A stretch of 64,000 bases of DNA from Candidatus Latescibacterota bacterium (GCA_965208105.1 OZ242318.1:3424001-3488000); one strand, 5' to 3'; positions 10,156-19,677 are shown, counted from the first letter of the stretch. Notes: a model not told the origin generated them from the sequence alone. Made by a program: numbers and translations.

Positions 10156-10647
10156 ATGGCCAAAAAAGTTGCGCTGAATAAACGGGAACGGGAGAAGGTC
10201 AAGAAGGGTCTGCTGCAACGCCATTCCAAACTTCTCAACGATCTGCGCGGCACCGAGCACGAGATCGACGAACTGCAGGAACCCAAGACCGACGTCCTGG
10301 ATCGGGCGGTGGAGGCCGGCGCAATGGAGTTGCTGGTCACCCTGGGCGATACCGAACGGCGCGAGCTGGAGGAGATTACGCTTGCACTGGAAAAACTCGA
10401 GACCGGAAGCTATGGCAAGTGCGAGGCCTGCCTGGAAACACCCCTTCACCTGTGCGCGTCCTGCCCCTTCATCGCCAAGCCTCGTCTCGAAGCTCTGCCC
10501 ACGGCGAGGCTGTGCGTGGCCTGCCAGGAGGCTGAGGAGAAGAATCAGATCCCCTCGTACACCCGCCTGCGGCCACGGCGCCCGATTTTTGGCGAGGAAA
10601 TGGATGAGTTCCGTCATCCGCTGATGGAATCGAGCGATGACAACTGA
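10156..10647 (+). CDS. TraR/DksA C4 zinc-finger protein
   Basis: Coiled coil with DVLDRA (DxxDxA), GSYGKCEAC, RLEALPTARLCVAC; an extra CASC. Confidence 0.88.
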   Translation: MAKKVALNKREREKVKKGLLQRHSKLLNDLRGTEHEIDELQEPKTDVLDRAVEAGAMELLVTLGDTERRELEEITLALEKLETGSYGKCEACLETPLHLCASCPFIAKPRLEALPTARLCVACQEAEEKNQIPSYTRLRPRRPIFGEEMDEFRHPLMESSDDN

Positions 10648-10753
10648 GACCGCCTGGGGTCGATCAGGGCGGTTCTCCGCTGCCGGTCCTTTGGTTTCTC
10701 ATCACTTCAGGGAAGGGATCAGGGTGCCGGAACTTGAGCCCATGGGCATGGAT

Positions 10754-10921
10754 CTAGTTTCCCGTCGCAGAAATATGTCGCCATTTTTCCGCCGATCCAT
10801 CCCGGCTCACGGCGTTGCCTTCACTCGCCGTACACCACTGGTACGACTCGCTCAGGCGCCTTGTGAGCCGGGCGCCTCGGCGGCCCGATTGCGTCAACCT
10901 ATTTCTGCGACGGGAAACTAG
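10754..10921 (+). mobile_element. MITE copy B, complete, 168 bp
   Basis: Perfect 22-bp terminal inverted repeats CTAGTTTCCCGTCGCAGAAATA / TATTTCTGCGACGGGAAACTAG; nested internal hairpin; no transposase. Confidence 0.85.
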
Positions 10922-12438
10922 CGCAGATTCGATCTGCCGGGATTGCCCGTTTCTTCCATCCCCAACATCTGAGACAAATCAGCCATGGTCACCAGGCGCA
11001 ACTTCTGAAGGTGGAGCTGGTAGCTGACGAGGGCGTCCAGGGTACTCACCCGGGAACCGGTCAGGTTGGCCTGGGCGGTGAGCAGGTCCTGGCTTTGGAT
11101 CAGCCCTAGCTCGAACCGGCTCTGTTCCACCTGATAGGCGCGTTCCGCCACCGTGAGGGCAGCCTGCGTGAGGTCGATCTGGCGCTCGGCTTCCTTCAGG
11201 TTGAGCACGGCTTCTCTTATCTCCCGGATGACATTCTGGCGCACCTGGTCGCGCGCGAGCTGGCTTTGCCGGACTGCGACCCTGGCCTGGTGCAGCTTTC
11301 CCCGGAGCAGGCCGTTGTCGATCAGGGGCAGGTTCACCTCGATGCCCACGCTCCACAGATTGCGCTCGAGATCGGTGCTGATGGCCCCGATCTCCGGTCC
11401 GCGGCCGCTCATGCTCAGGTTGCCGACGAGCCTCGCCGTGGCACCGTTGAGCCGCTCGGCGCCGTGCAGGCCGAGTTTGCTGATTTCCGCCATGATCGCG
11501 GCCTGCTTCAGGTCGGTGCGCTGTTTGAGTCCGATCTCGAGGGCCCTTGCCTGGCTGATGGGGTATTTGCGGGAATCGACCTCGGTGACGACCTCCAACG
11601 GCTGGTGAAATTCCATCCCCAGGATTTGGCGCAGAACGTCGCGGCTGAGCTCTATCGCGGTCTGAGCCTGGGCAAGGCTCGCTTCGGCCTGGAGAGCGGC
11701 TACCTCCAGGCGAAGGGGCTGGACCTCGGCGACCAGGCCGATCTCGAATTTGCGGCGGGCAAGTTCCAGGGATGAGCGCGATTGATTGAGCTGCAGTTCC
11801 TCGATCTCGAGTTTTCGAATATTGCGGACCAGGTCATAGTAGGCCGCGGCGACCTGGTGTTCGAGAAGCATCTCGAGGCCCGCGAAATCGATCTCGGCCT
11901 GGTCGAGGTCGAGTCTTGCCCGCTCCAGGGCGATTTCTTCCTGGGGCCGAGTGAAGATCTCATGGATGAATCCGAAGTTCGCGGCGCCGAAGTACTCCAG
12001 AAAATCGGTGCGTACATTGGAGCTGAAGTCCTGGCGGAAGGCGCTGGAAGTGAAGGTGAGAAGTCCTATATGGGGCACGCGTTGAGAAACCCTGAGGTTG
12101 CCGGCGTAGGTGAAGTTGGTGGTTTCCTCCCTGAAACGGGTAAGCAGGGCAACACTTTCCTGGGTGTCGCGGGACTCGTTGAAGCTGGGCAGGCGGAAAT
12201 CGGCATCGGCCCGGATTTCAAAGGGAGCGAGGGCTTGCTGCAAGCGGGCCTGGGCGTCCCTCAGCTTCAGATGCGAATGGAGGTGCTGCAGGTTGTGCCT
12301 GAGGGCGAGATCGATGCACTCCTCCAGGGAGAGTGGCTCCTGGGCCGGGGAGGCAGGCACGCCGCACAGCAACAGCGACAGGCAGATGGCCCGGATGTTC
12401 AATCTCTTCGCACGCGCAACAAGCCGTATCTCGGCCAT
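10918..12438 (-). CDS. TolC family outer membrane efflux protein
   Basis: Signal peptide, LSLEECIDLALRHN, two helical repeats (AYYDLV...RKFEIG; RFELG...DLL.AQ). Confidence 0.85.
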   Translation of the reverse strand: MAEIRLVARAKRLNIRAICLSLLLCGVPASPAQEPLSLEECIDLALRHNLQHLHSHLKLRDAQARLQQALAPFEIRADADFRLPSFNESRDTQESVALLTRFREETTNFTYAGNLRVSQRVPHIGLLTFTSSAFRQDFSSNVRTDFLEYFGAANFGFIHEIFTRPQEEIALERARLDLDQAEIDFAGLEMLLEHQVAAAYYDLVRNIRKLEIEELQLNQSRSSLELARRKFEIGLVAEVQPLRLEVAALQAEASLAQAQTAIELSRDVLRQILGMEFHQPLEVVTEVDSRKYPISQARALEIGLKQRTDLKQAAIMAEISKLGLHGAERLNGATARLVGNLSMSGRGPEIGAISTDLERNLWSVGIEVNLPLIDNGLLRGKLHQARVAVRQSQLARDQVRQNVIREIREAVLNLKEAERQIDLTQAALTVAERAYQVEQSRFELGLIQSQDLLTAQANLTGSRVSTLDALVSYQLHLQKLRLVTMADLSQMLGMEETGNPGRSNLR

Positions 12439-12595
12439 GGGTTGAAGTCCCGCGGGTTGAAATCGCGAATTTTACTTATTCTTGATCAGAATCTGATTTT
12501 AAGCGAGGAGGTGAACAATATCAAGTCGCGGCAACGGGAACGGGAAGCAGGGGCCCAAAGGGATGGCAGGCACATTATCACAGCGGAGCGATCCA

Positions 12596-13903
12596 ATGCA
12601 CGGTAGTCTTATCGAAAAAATCGAAGCGCGGGACGCCCAGGTGGCCATCATCGGGCTGGGGTACGTAGGCCTTCCGCTCGCCATCGAATTTGCGGGCTCA
12701 GGCCTGAAGACGGTGGGCATCGACGTGGATGGAGAAAGAGTAAACCAGGTGAATGGCGGCCGTTCCTACGTGATGGATGTGGGGGATGACGAACTGGGGC
12801 AGGTAGTGGACAGCGGGCACCTCAGGGCGACCACGGACTACAGTGCCCTGCAGACCGCGGACTGTGTCTGCATCTGCGTTCCCACTCCCCTGGGCAAGAC
12901 CAGGAACCCGGATATCTCCTGTATTGTCGCGGCCTGCGACGAGATCGTGCGCTACTTTCATCCGGGGATGCTCGTGGTCCTGGAGAGTACCACCTACCCG
13001 GGCACTACCGAAGAGCTGATCCTGCCGCGCCTGCACGCCAGGGACGGCAGGGTCGGAGAGGATTTTTTCGTTGCGTTTTCCGCTGAGCGCGTGGACCCCG
13101 GCAACAGGAGGTGGAAGACCCGGAACACTCCCAAGGTGGTGGGCGGCATGACTGCGCGCTGTGCGCAGGTTGCCGTGGCTCTTTACGGAAATGCCGTGGA
13201 TACCCTGGTGCCGGTATCGTCGCCCTCGGCAGCGGAGATGGTGAAGCTCCTGGAGAACACCTTCCGCGCGGTGAATATCGGCCTGATCAACGAAATCGCC
13301 CTGATCTGCGACCGCCTTCACCTGAACGTCTGGGAGATCATCGAGGCGGCGGCGACCAAGCCCTTCGGGTTCATGAAATTCATCCCCGGACCCGGTCTGG
13401 GGGGGCACTGCATTCCAATTGACCCTCTCTATCTTTCCTGGAAGATGCGCGGGATGGACTACGAGGCCCGTTTCATCGACCTGGCTGACAAGGTCAACTC
13501 CGAGATGCCCCACCACGTGGTCCACAAGGTCATGGATGCGCTCAACGAAGAGAGCAAGGCGGTCAGGGGCGTCAGGATTCTCATATTGGGAGTGGCGTAC
13601 AAGGCCAATATCGACGACGTGAGGGAGAGTCCGGCGATCCACATAATCGAATTGTTGCGCCAGAAGGGTGCGGATGTAGTTTATAACGATCCGCACGTTT
13701 CCACTTTGCACCTGGAATCGGGGGAGGCAATGAGTTCGGTGGAGTTGTGCGAGCAGGGATTGGCCCAGGCCGATTGCGTGGTCCTGGTGACCGATCACGC
13801 CGAATACGATGGATCCTGGATCGTGCGGAACGCCCGTCTGGTGGTTGACACCCGCAACGCCTTGGCCGGGCACACGGGGAGGGCCAGGGTGGTGGGCATC
13901 TAG
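12596..13903 (+). CDS. UDP-N-acetylhexosamine 6-dehydrogenase (WbpA/WecC-like)
   Basis: IGLGYVGLPLA, CVPTP, LESTTYPGTT, KLLENTFR.VN, GGHCIPIDP, D.RESP. Confidence 0.92.
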   Translation: MHGSLIEKIEARDAQVAIIGLGYVGLPLAIEFAGSGLKTVGIDVDGERVNQVNGGRSYVMDVGDDELGQVVDSGHLRATTDYSALQTADCVCICVPTPLGKTRNPDISCIVAACDEIVRYFHPGMLVVLESTTYPGTTEELILPRLHARDGRVGEDFFVAFSAERVDPGNRRWKTRNTPKVVGGMTARCAQVAVALYGNAVDTLVPVSSPSAAEMVKLLENTFRAVNIGLINEIALICDRLHLNVWEIIEAAATKPFGFMKFIPGPGLGGHCIPIDPLYLSWKMRGMDYEARFIDLADKVNSEMPHHVVHKVMDALNEESKAVRGVRILILGVAYKANIDDVRESPAIHIIELLRQKGADVVYNDPHVSTLHLESGEAMSSVELCEQGLAQADCVVLVTDHAEYDGSWIVRNARLVVDTRNALAGHTGRARVVGI

Positions 13904-14067
13904 TATTGCGTCCGAGAAATATGCCGCCATTTTTCCGCCGATCCATCCCGGCTCAGGGCGTTGCCTTCACTCGCCGTACACCACTGGTACGACTCGCTCA
14001 GGCGCCTTGCGAGCCTGGCGCCCCGGCGGCCCAATTGCGTCAACCTGTCTCTGCGACGGGACACTGG
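13900..14067 (+). mobile_element. MITE copy C, 168 bp with degenerate TIRs
   Basis: Colinear with copy B over 168 bp. Left CTAG contains the stop of the dehydrogenase gene. Confidence 0.8.
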
Positions 14068-14176
14068 GGCATCCTGGAGCCGATCAAGGTAGCCTTGCGT
14101 TCGAGGGTATCTGCCGGGCGGCCCCTTGCCGGCAGTCCCCTGAAAAAAAGGCCGAATGGAAGAACGTAGGAGCGCG

Positions 14177-15193
14177 GTGAATTCGGATCCGCTCACCATA
14201 GCCTGTGTTGGCGCCGGTTACTGGGGGAAGAACCTGGTCCGCGTCTTCAACGACCTGCCCCGGGTGCATCTGAAAATGGTCTGCGACCTGGACGAGGAAG
14301 CGCTCAACGCCGTCCGCAGGCAGTACCGCAGCGTGGAGGTCGCCTCGGACTACGGACGGGCGCTGCGCGACGAAGAAGTGGAGGCCATAGTGCTGGCAGT
14401 ACCGGCCGCCGGCCACTTCCAGGCCGGCAAGGATGCCCTCGAGGCCGGCAAGCACCTCTACGTGGAAAAACCCCTCGCATTGAGGGCGGCGGAGGCGGCG
14501 GAACTTGTGGAGCTGGCATCGAGGCGAGACCGGGTGCTGATGGTGGGGCATCTGCTGGTGTACCATCCGGCCGTGGAGATGCTGAAAGGGATGATAGATC
14601 ACGGGAAGTTGGGGGATATCTACTATTTGTACTCTCAACGGGTGAACCTGGGGATAGTGCGCAAGGACGAGAATGCTCTCTGGAGTCTTGCGCCGCACGA
14701 CGTCGCGGTGATGCTCCACTTGCTGGAACAGGAGCCGGATTCGGTGAGTGCGCGGGGAGAATGCTATCTGCAGCAGGGCATCGAGGACGTGGTCTTCGTC
14801 AATCTGCACTTCGGGAACGGGAAGATGGCGCAGATGCAACTGTCCTGGCTGGACCCCCACAAGATTCGCAAGCTGACCATCGTGGGCAGCAGGAAGATGG
14901 CCGTGTTCGACGACATGGAGAGCGCCGAGAAGGTGCGGATCTACGACAAGGCGGCCGAGCAGGGCAGCTACGAGACCTACGGCGAATCGATCACCCTTCG
15001 GTTTGGAGACGTGGTGATACCACACGTGAACATGGCGGAACCGTTGAAGCTCGAGTGCCGGCATTTCGTGGAGTGTGTCCGCGAGGGAAGGAGGCCGCGC
15101 AGCGACGGGCGGGACGGATTGCGGGTGGTGCGGGTCCTGGAGGCGGCGCAGCGCTCATTGCGGCAGAATGGGGCGCCGGTCGGCGTGGAGTAA
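14177..15193 (+). CDS. Gfo/Idh/MocA oxidoreductase (WbpB-like)
   Basis: GAGYWG, YVEKP, WSLAPHD. GTG start after AGGAG. Confidence 0.88.
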   Translation: MNSDPLTIACVGAGYWGKNLVRVFNDLPRVHLKMVCDLDEEALNAVRRQYRSVEVASDYGRALRDEEVEAIVLAVPAAGHFQAGKDALEAGKHLYVEKPLALRAAEAAELVELASRRDRVLMVGHLLVYHPAVEMLKGMIDHGKLGDIYYLYSQRVNLGIVRKDENALWSLAPHDVAVMLHLLEQEPDSVSARGECYLQQGIEDVVFVNLHFGNGKMAQMQLSWLDPHKIRKLTIVGSRKMAVFDDMESAEKVRIYDKAAEQGSYETYGESITLRFGDVVIPHVNMAEPLKLECRHFVECVREGRRPRSDGRDGLRVVRVLEAAQRSLRQNGAPVGVE

Positions 15194-15251
15194 AATGAAA
15201 CCTTAATGCCGCGGTAGGCCAAACCGCGGGCGAAAGGATAGTGCAGCGTCG

Positions 15252-16232
15252 ATGGCAACATATCTGGTCACGGGTTGCGCGGGATTCATCGGCTTCCGGG
15301 TCACCGAACTCTTGTTGCAGGAGGGCCACCAGGTGGTGGGTGTGGACAACCTCAATCACTCCTACGATTGCCGCCTGAAGCAATGGCGCCGCAGTCAGAT
15401 CGATGGACGCGACGGATTTTCCTTCCACCAGCTCGATATCACCGACCGCGGCAGCCTTTCCCGCATGTGGGAAGAAAAGGGCTCCCGCCCCTTCGACGCG
15501 GTGATCAACCTCGCCGGCCGCGCGGGTGTCCGGGACAGCGTGGAGAATCCCTGGGAATACCTCGAGACCAACGCCACCGGAGCCTTGAACCTGTTGGATT
15601 TGTGCCGCCGCCACGGGGTGGGAAAGTTCGTCCAGGCCTCTTCCTCCAATGTCTACGGGCAGGGTTCCCTGCCCTCCAGGGAGGATGCGGTCACGGACGG
15701 CTGCATCTCGCCTTACGCGGTTTCCAAGAAAGCCGCCGAGCTGCTGTGCCGCAGCTACCACAGCCTCTACGGCATCGACGTGACCGCATTGCGGTTTTTC
15801 ACCGTGTACGGCCCGGCCGGCCGGCCCGACATGATGCTGTTCCGTTGCGTGCAGAGGATCAGCGAGGACCGCCCGGTCCTGGTTTACGGCGACGGCAGCC
15901 AGTCCCGCGATTTCACCTACGTGGACGATGTTGCCCGCGGAGTGATTGGGGCGCTGAAGCCGCTGGGCTGCCAGATCGTGAATCTGGGTTCGGACAAGCC
16001 GGTGGTGCTGAACGAGGCCATCCGCATGATCGAGGAGCTGGTGGGGAAGAAGGCGCGGCGCGAGTCACGTCCCCCCCACCCGGCCGACGTCGAGGACTCC
16101 TGGGCGGATATCGGCAAGGCCAGGATGCTGCTGGGCTGGGAGCCCGGGTTGAGTCTTCACCAGGGCCTTGCCCGCATGGTGGAGTGGTACCGGCAGAACC
16201 GCTCCTGGGCCCGGGAAGTTATCACGGCCTAA
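15252..16232 (+). CDS. NAD-dependent nucleotide-sugar epimerase (UDP-glucuronate 4-epimerase-like)
   Basis: TGCAGFIG, YAVSK, LRFFTVYGPAGRPDM, RDFTYVDD. Confidence 0.9.
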   Translation: MATYLVTGCAGFIGFRVTELLLQEGHQVVGVDNLNHSYDCRLKQWRRSQIDGRDGFSFHQLDITDRGSLSRMWEEKGSRPFDAVINLAGRAGVRDSVENPWEYLETNATGALNLLDLCRRHGVGKFVQASSSNVYGQGSLPSREDAVTDGCISPYAVSKKAAELLCRSYHSLYGIDVTALRFFTVYGPAGRPDMMLFRCVQRISEDRPVLVYGDGSQSRDFTYVDDVARGVIGALKPLGCQIVNLGSDKPVVLNEAIRMIEELVGKKARRESRPPHPADVEDSWADIGKARMLLGWEPGLSLHQGLARMVEWYRQNRSWAREVITA

Positions 16233-17235
16233 CCGTCGGACCTGCCGGGTCCGGCGTTCCTCTCCCCTCCACCGTCCGGTTTTCCACCTTTGGATAGAGA
16301 ATCGAGTAGTCCAGTCCCGGGTGACGTTCGCCGTAGCGCGACGGGATGTCCTGGGTCCAGTCGCTGGGTATGACGGGGCACAGGAAGAGGATGAGGAGAA
16401 GCAGGGCGCGCCGGGGCCGGAGCCTCGGGGCCGGGCTGCCGGGCGAGGCGCCGCAGGTGGCCACCCGGGCGCTGGGTTCGGCTCCCCGGCGGTAAAACCA
16501 GAACAGCATCCCCAGACCGGCCGCGGCCATGGCCAGGTTGATGATCTGGCCTACCCCCAGGCCCCAGGACTCCACCCGGTATTCCCTGAACACATCGACG
16601 ATCAGTCTCAGGAACGCGTACCAGAAGAGGAAGTGGGCGAAGACCACTCCCCGGGGCGGTTTTCGGCTGCGAATGAGTAGCAGGAAGGGGATGAGAAGCA
16701 GGTTCTTCAGGCCGTCGTAGAGGACGACGGGATGGCGGAATCCTTCGAGGTCGGGAAACTGCACCGCCCACCAGGCATCGGTCGGGCTGCCGGCAATCTG
16801 GCCGTCGATGAAGTTTCCGATGCGGCCGGTGGCCATCACCCACGCCCCCGGAATCACCAGCTCGTCGACGATGGAGAGAAACCCCTTCTGCCGTCGCCAG
16901 CAGAAGAACAGGGTGCCGAGTGTGCCTCCCAAAAGGAGGCCGTGGGTCGACATGCCGCCCAGCCAGACCGCGGGTATGTGGACGAGGTGCGCTCCGTAGT
17001 ATTCCCATTCGTAGAAGAACACCTCAACCAGCCTGCCCCCCAGCAGCACGCCCACCGAAAGGGCAAGGCTGACGTCGTAGACCTCCACCAGTGACAGGCC
17101 GAGCCGGTCGCGCATGCGGCGAAACCAGAAATGGATGCCGGATAATCCCAGGGTAAAGCTCAACCCGTACCACCAGAGGTAGACCCCCCCGATATCGCAG
17201 ATGACGGGATCGATGCGGTGAATGAATGGTCCCAA
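16222..17235 (-). CDS. lgt: Prolipoprotein diacylglyceryl transferase (Lgt), divergent
   Basis: WYG, GGRL, GGMSTHG, GRIGNFI.G, RHPVVLYDG, RLIVD.FR; multiple transmembrane segments. Confidence 0.8.
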   Translation of the reverse strand: MGPFIHRIDPVICDIGGVYLWWYGLSFTLGLSGIHFWFRRMRDRLGLSLVEVYDVSLALSVGVLLGGRLVEVFFYEWEYYGAHLVHIPAVWLGGMSTHGLLLGGTLGTLFFCWRRQKGFLSIVDELVIPGAWVMATGRIGNFIDGQIAGSPTDAWWAVQFPDLEGFRHPVVLYDGLKNLLLIPFLLLIRSRKPPRGVVFAHFLFWYAFLRLIVDVFREYRVESWGLGVGQIINLAMAAAGLGMLFWFYRRGAEPSARVATCGASPGSPAPRLRPRRALLLLILFLCPVIPSDWTQDIPSRYGERHPGLDYSILYPKVENRTVEGRGTPDPAGPTVRP

Positions 17236-17254
17236 GTTGCTGCTCGTCCAGTTA

Positions 17255-17353
17255 GTTGGCCTGACCGCCCGGGCCGTACACGGCGGAAACCCTCAACCCG
17301 GTCACGCCGATTCCGTAGAGGTTGTGGCAGCTGCGGCACAGCAGATCGGCTGC
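17255..17353 (-). pseudogene. Inverted 99-bp relic of the epimerase gene
   Basis: Translates AADLLCRSCHNLYGIGVTGLRVSAVYGPGGQAN, against AAELLCRSYHSLYGIDVTALRFFTVYGPAGRPD at 15732-15830. Confidence 0.75.
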
Positions 17354-17585
17354 CCGCGGGGATCTTCCGTTCCGACCTGTTGCGATTCACAGTCTATGGA
17401 CCCGGAACCGTCCTGGCAACGAACATCGGGGGACCCGCGCTTGCAGACCTTGGCGGCCATTCCCGGGGCTTGTTCCGGCTTGCGGGGGCAGATTGCAAAG
17501 CGTTATAATCTAATTCTCTGCCATCTCAAGCTGAATTGGGCAGGGGCAAATCTTCATCGACCGAAGCCGGGGGAAGGATCATCGA

Positions 17586-18641
17586 ATGATAAGCGCAGGC
17601 ATCTACGGCGCTTCAGGATACATGGGCGGGGAGGCTCTGCGAATCCTGTCCGAGCATCCGGAGGTCGAGGTGGTCTGGGCGACGAGCAGGAGCGGAAAAG
17701 AGGCGGAGTACTTCCACCGCAACCTGTACCGGTCCGGAATCAACCTGATCAAGCCTGAGCATGCCACCCCTTGCGATGCGGTATTCGTCGCTCTGCCCAC
17801 TGGAAACGCCATGAGCCTGGCTCAGGAAGTCCTGGATGGCGGTGGCAAACTGATAGACCTAGGATCGGACTTCCGCCTGAGAGACCGGGAAGCATGGGAG
17901 AGAGTCTACGGCAAGCCTCACCTGAATTGGGACCTGGCCGAGGAAGCGGTGTACGGAATTCCCGAGCTCCACAGGGAGGAAATCAGGTCGGCCAGAATCG
18001 TGGCGAATCCCGGCTGTTTCTCCTCGGCCGTGATCCTGGGCCTGGCACCACTTCTCGAGGCCGGGTGGATAGAGCCGGACTGCATAGCGGTGGACGGATT
18101 GTCGGGGACGGCCGGGGCGGGCGCCGAGCTGGATATCTCCATGCACCATCCCGAGATCGGCAACAACCTCGTGCCCTACAACGTGGTCGACCATCGCCAC
18201 ACCTACGAGATGGAACAGGAGCTGGGGCTCCTGTCGAGCGCCCGGGTGAGGATTCACTTCACTCCCATCTACGCGCCCATCACCAGGGGAATTCTGGCCA
18301 TCTGCCACTGCTTTCCGACGCGGGAGGCCGGGCGCCCGGAATTGCTGGAACTCTTTTCGGCGTTCTACGCGGATCAGCCATTCATCCAGGTCTTCGACAT
18401 GCCCGCGGATACTGATGCGGCCTGGCAGTTCCGTCCGTACCCCTGGGTCTCGTCCGTATCCGGGTCGAACTACTGTCAAATCGGGTTCGATGTGGACCGC
18501 CAGCGCAACCGCATCGTCCTTTTCAGCGTCCTCGACAGCGTCGGAAAGGGCGGTGCCCATGCCGGAGTCCAGAATCTGAACCTCATGTTCGGTCTCGATG
18601 AACGCCTCGGTCTGGAAAGGCGAGGCATGCACCCATACTGA
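17586..18641 (+). CDS. argC: N-acetyl-gamma-glutamyl-phosphate reductase
   Basis: GASGY.G, DLGSDFRL, VYGIPE, ANPGC, SG.AGAG, HRH..E, D..GKGGA. Confidence 0.9.
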   Translation: MISAGIYGASGYMGGEALRILSEHPEVEVVWATSRSGKEAEYFHRNLYRSGINLIKPEHATPCDAVFVALPTGNAMSLAQEVLDGGGKLIDLGSDFRLRDREAWERVYGKPHLNWDLAEEAVYGIPELHREEIRSARIVANPGCFSSAVILGLAPLLEAGWIEPDCIAVDGLSGTAGAGAELDISMHHPEIGNNLVPYNVVDHRHTYEMEQELGLLSSARVRIHFTPIYAPITRGILAICHCFPTREAGRPELLELFSAFYADQPFIQVFDMPADTDAAWQFRPYPWVSSVSGSNYCQIGFDVDRQRNRIVLFSVLDSVGKGGAHAGVQNLNLMFGLDERLGLERRGMHPY

Positions 18642-18724
18642 TTCGAAGGTCTGATCAGGGCCCCCTGGGCCGCGAAAATTCACGAGGGTGACAGGCCCAG
18701 GCCAATTCACAGCGCACGCGGAGC

Positions 18725-19600
18725 ATGACCAGCTTTCAGTACAAAAGGAGTATGAGGATCGCCACCGTCCTCTTCTTCATTTTCATGCCGGATCAGCGGG
18801 CATACGCAGAGGAGAGCCGCCGGGGCTACAACGTGGTGGACCGGCCCAGGCTGCTTCAGGCGATGCGGCGGTGCAGCGGCTATGACGTTACCGCGACCAC
18901 CAATGGGGCGCGGCTCCAGGTGGATGTGTTGCTCCACCTCGTGCGCCAGGAGATGGAGCGCGATCCACACCGACTCCCGCTGTTCATCGACCACGGGGAA
19001 TGGTTCCGGTCGTTTCTGGAGGTGACGGGGCTGACGGAGGAGACAGCGCCATTGTACGCCCTGGTGACCTACCGCTACGGGCAGAATCTGGAAGTGGACT
19101 ACCGGATGGAACAGGTCGTCAGGGAGGTGGTTAAAGGTCCGCAGCCGCAACTGGCGATGAATCTGAGGCTCAGTTGGGAGGACCGGCCGGGAGGACCTGA
19201 CCGGTATTCCTACCTGGATACGCTCTCGTCGCCGCATTTCAGGGTAACCCACAAGCGGGTGGTTACCTACCGCCTTCTGGATTTTGGCGATTGGGCCCTG
19301 TGGGACGAGATCGAAGGGGTTTCCGGGCGTCCGGAGTCGGGGGTCCTGGCCCTCCTGTTCCTGGTCATAGGCGAGAGCCGCATTACCCATTCTCGAATGG
19401 CGATTGCCGCTGACGGTTTTCAGGTGTGGAGGACGAAGGCCAAGAAGGCCTTCATGGAGGTGACGACCACGGTGTCCGTGCATCCGGACGGGAAGATGGT
19501 CAAGGACGTTCCGGACGGCCGGCCGGATCTTCTGGAGCTGGAGAAGATGCTCAAGCAGCCTCTGGAGGTCGACTACGTGGAGCTGCCCGAAACCAGGTGA
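18725..19600 (+). CDS. Hypothetical protein, probably exported
   Basis: 291-aa ORF with normal codon bias and a hydrophobic N-terminus; no family recognised. Confidence 0.7.
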   Translation: MTSFQYKRSMRIATVLFFIFMPDQRAYAEESRRGYNVVDRPRLLQAMRRCSGYDVTATTNGARLQVDVLLHLVRQEMERDPHRLPLFIDHGEWFRSFLEVTGLTEETAPLYALVTYRYGQNLEVDYRMEQVVREVVKGPQPQLAMNLRLSWEDRPGGPDRYSYLDTLSSPHFRVTHKRVVTYRLLDFGDWALWDEIEGVSGRPESGVLALLFLVIGESRITHSRMAIAADGFQVWRTKAKKAFMEVTTTVSVHPDGKMVKDVPDGRPDLLELEKMLKQPLEVDYVELPETR

Positions 19601-19677
19601 AAGGGCGGTGACCAAATTCAAACAACCATGGTAATTTCACAGGTCCGCTGCTTTCCTGCCGTCCGGATCGGGCAGTA

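Noticed and set aside
9938-14067. CRISPR array
   Set aside because: The repeats are 120-168 bp, dispersed and carry TIRs; there is no spacer periodicity and no cas gene.
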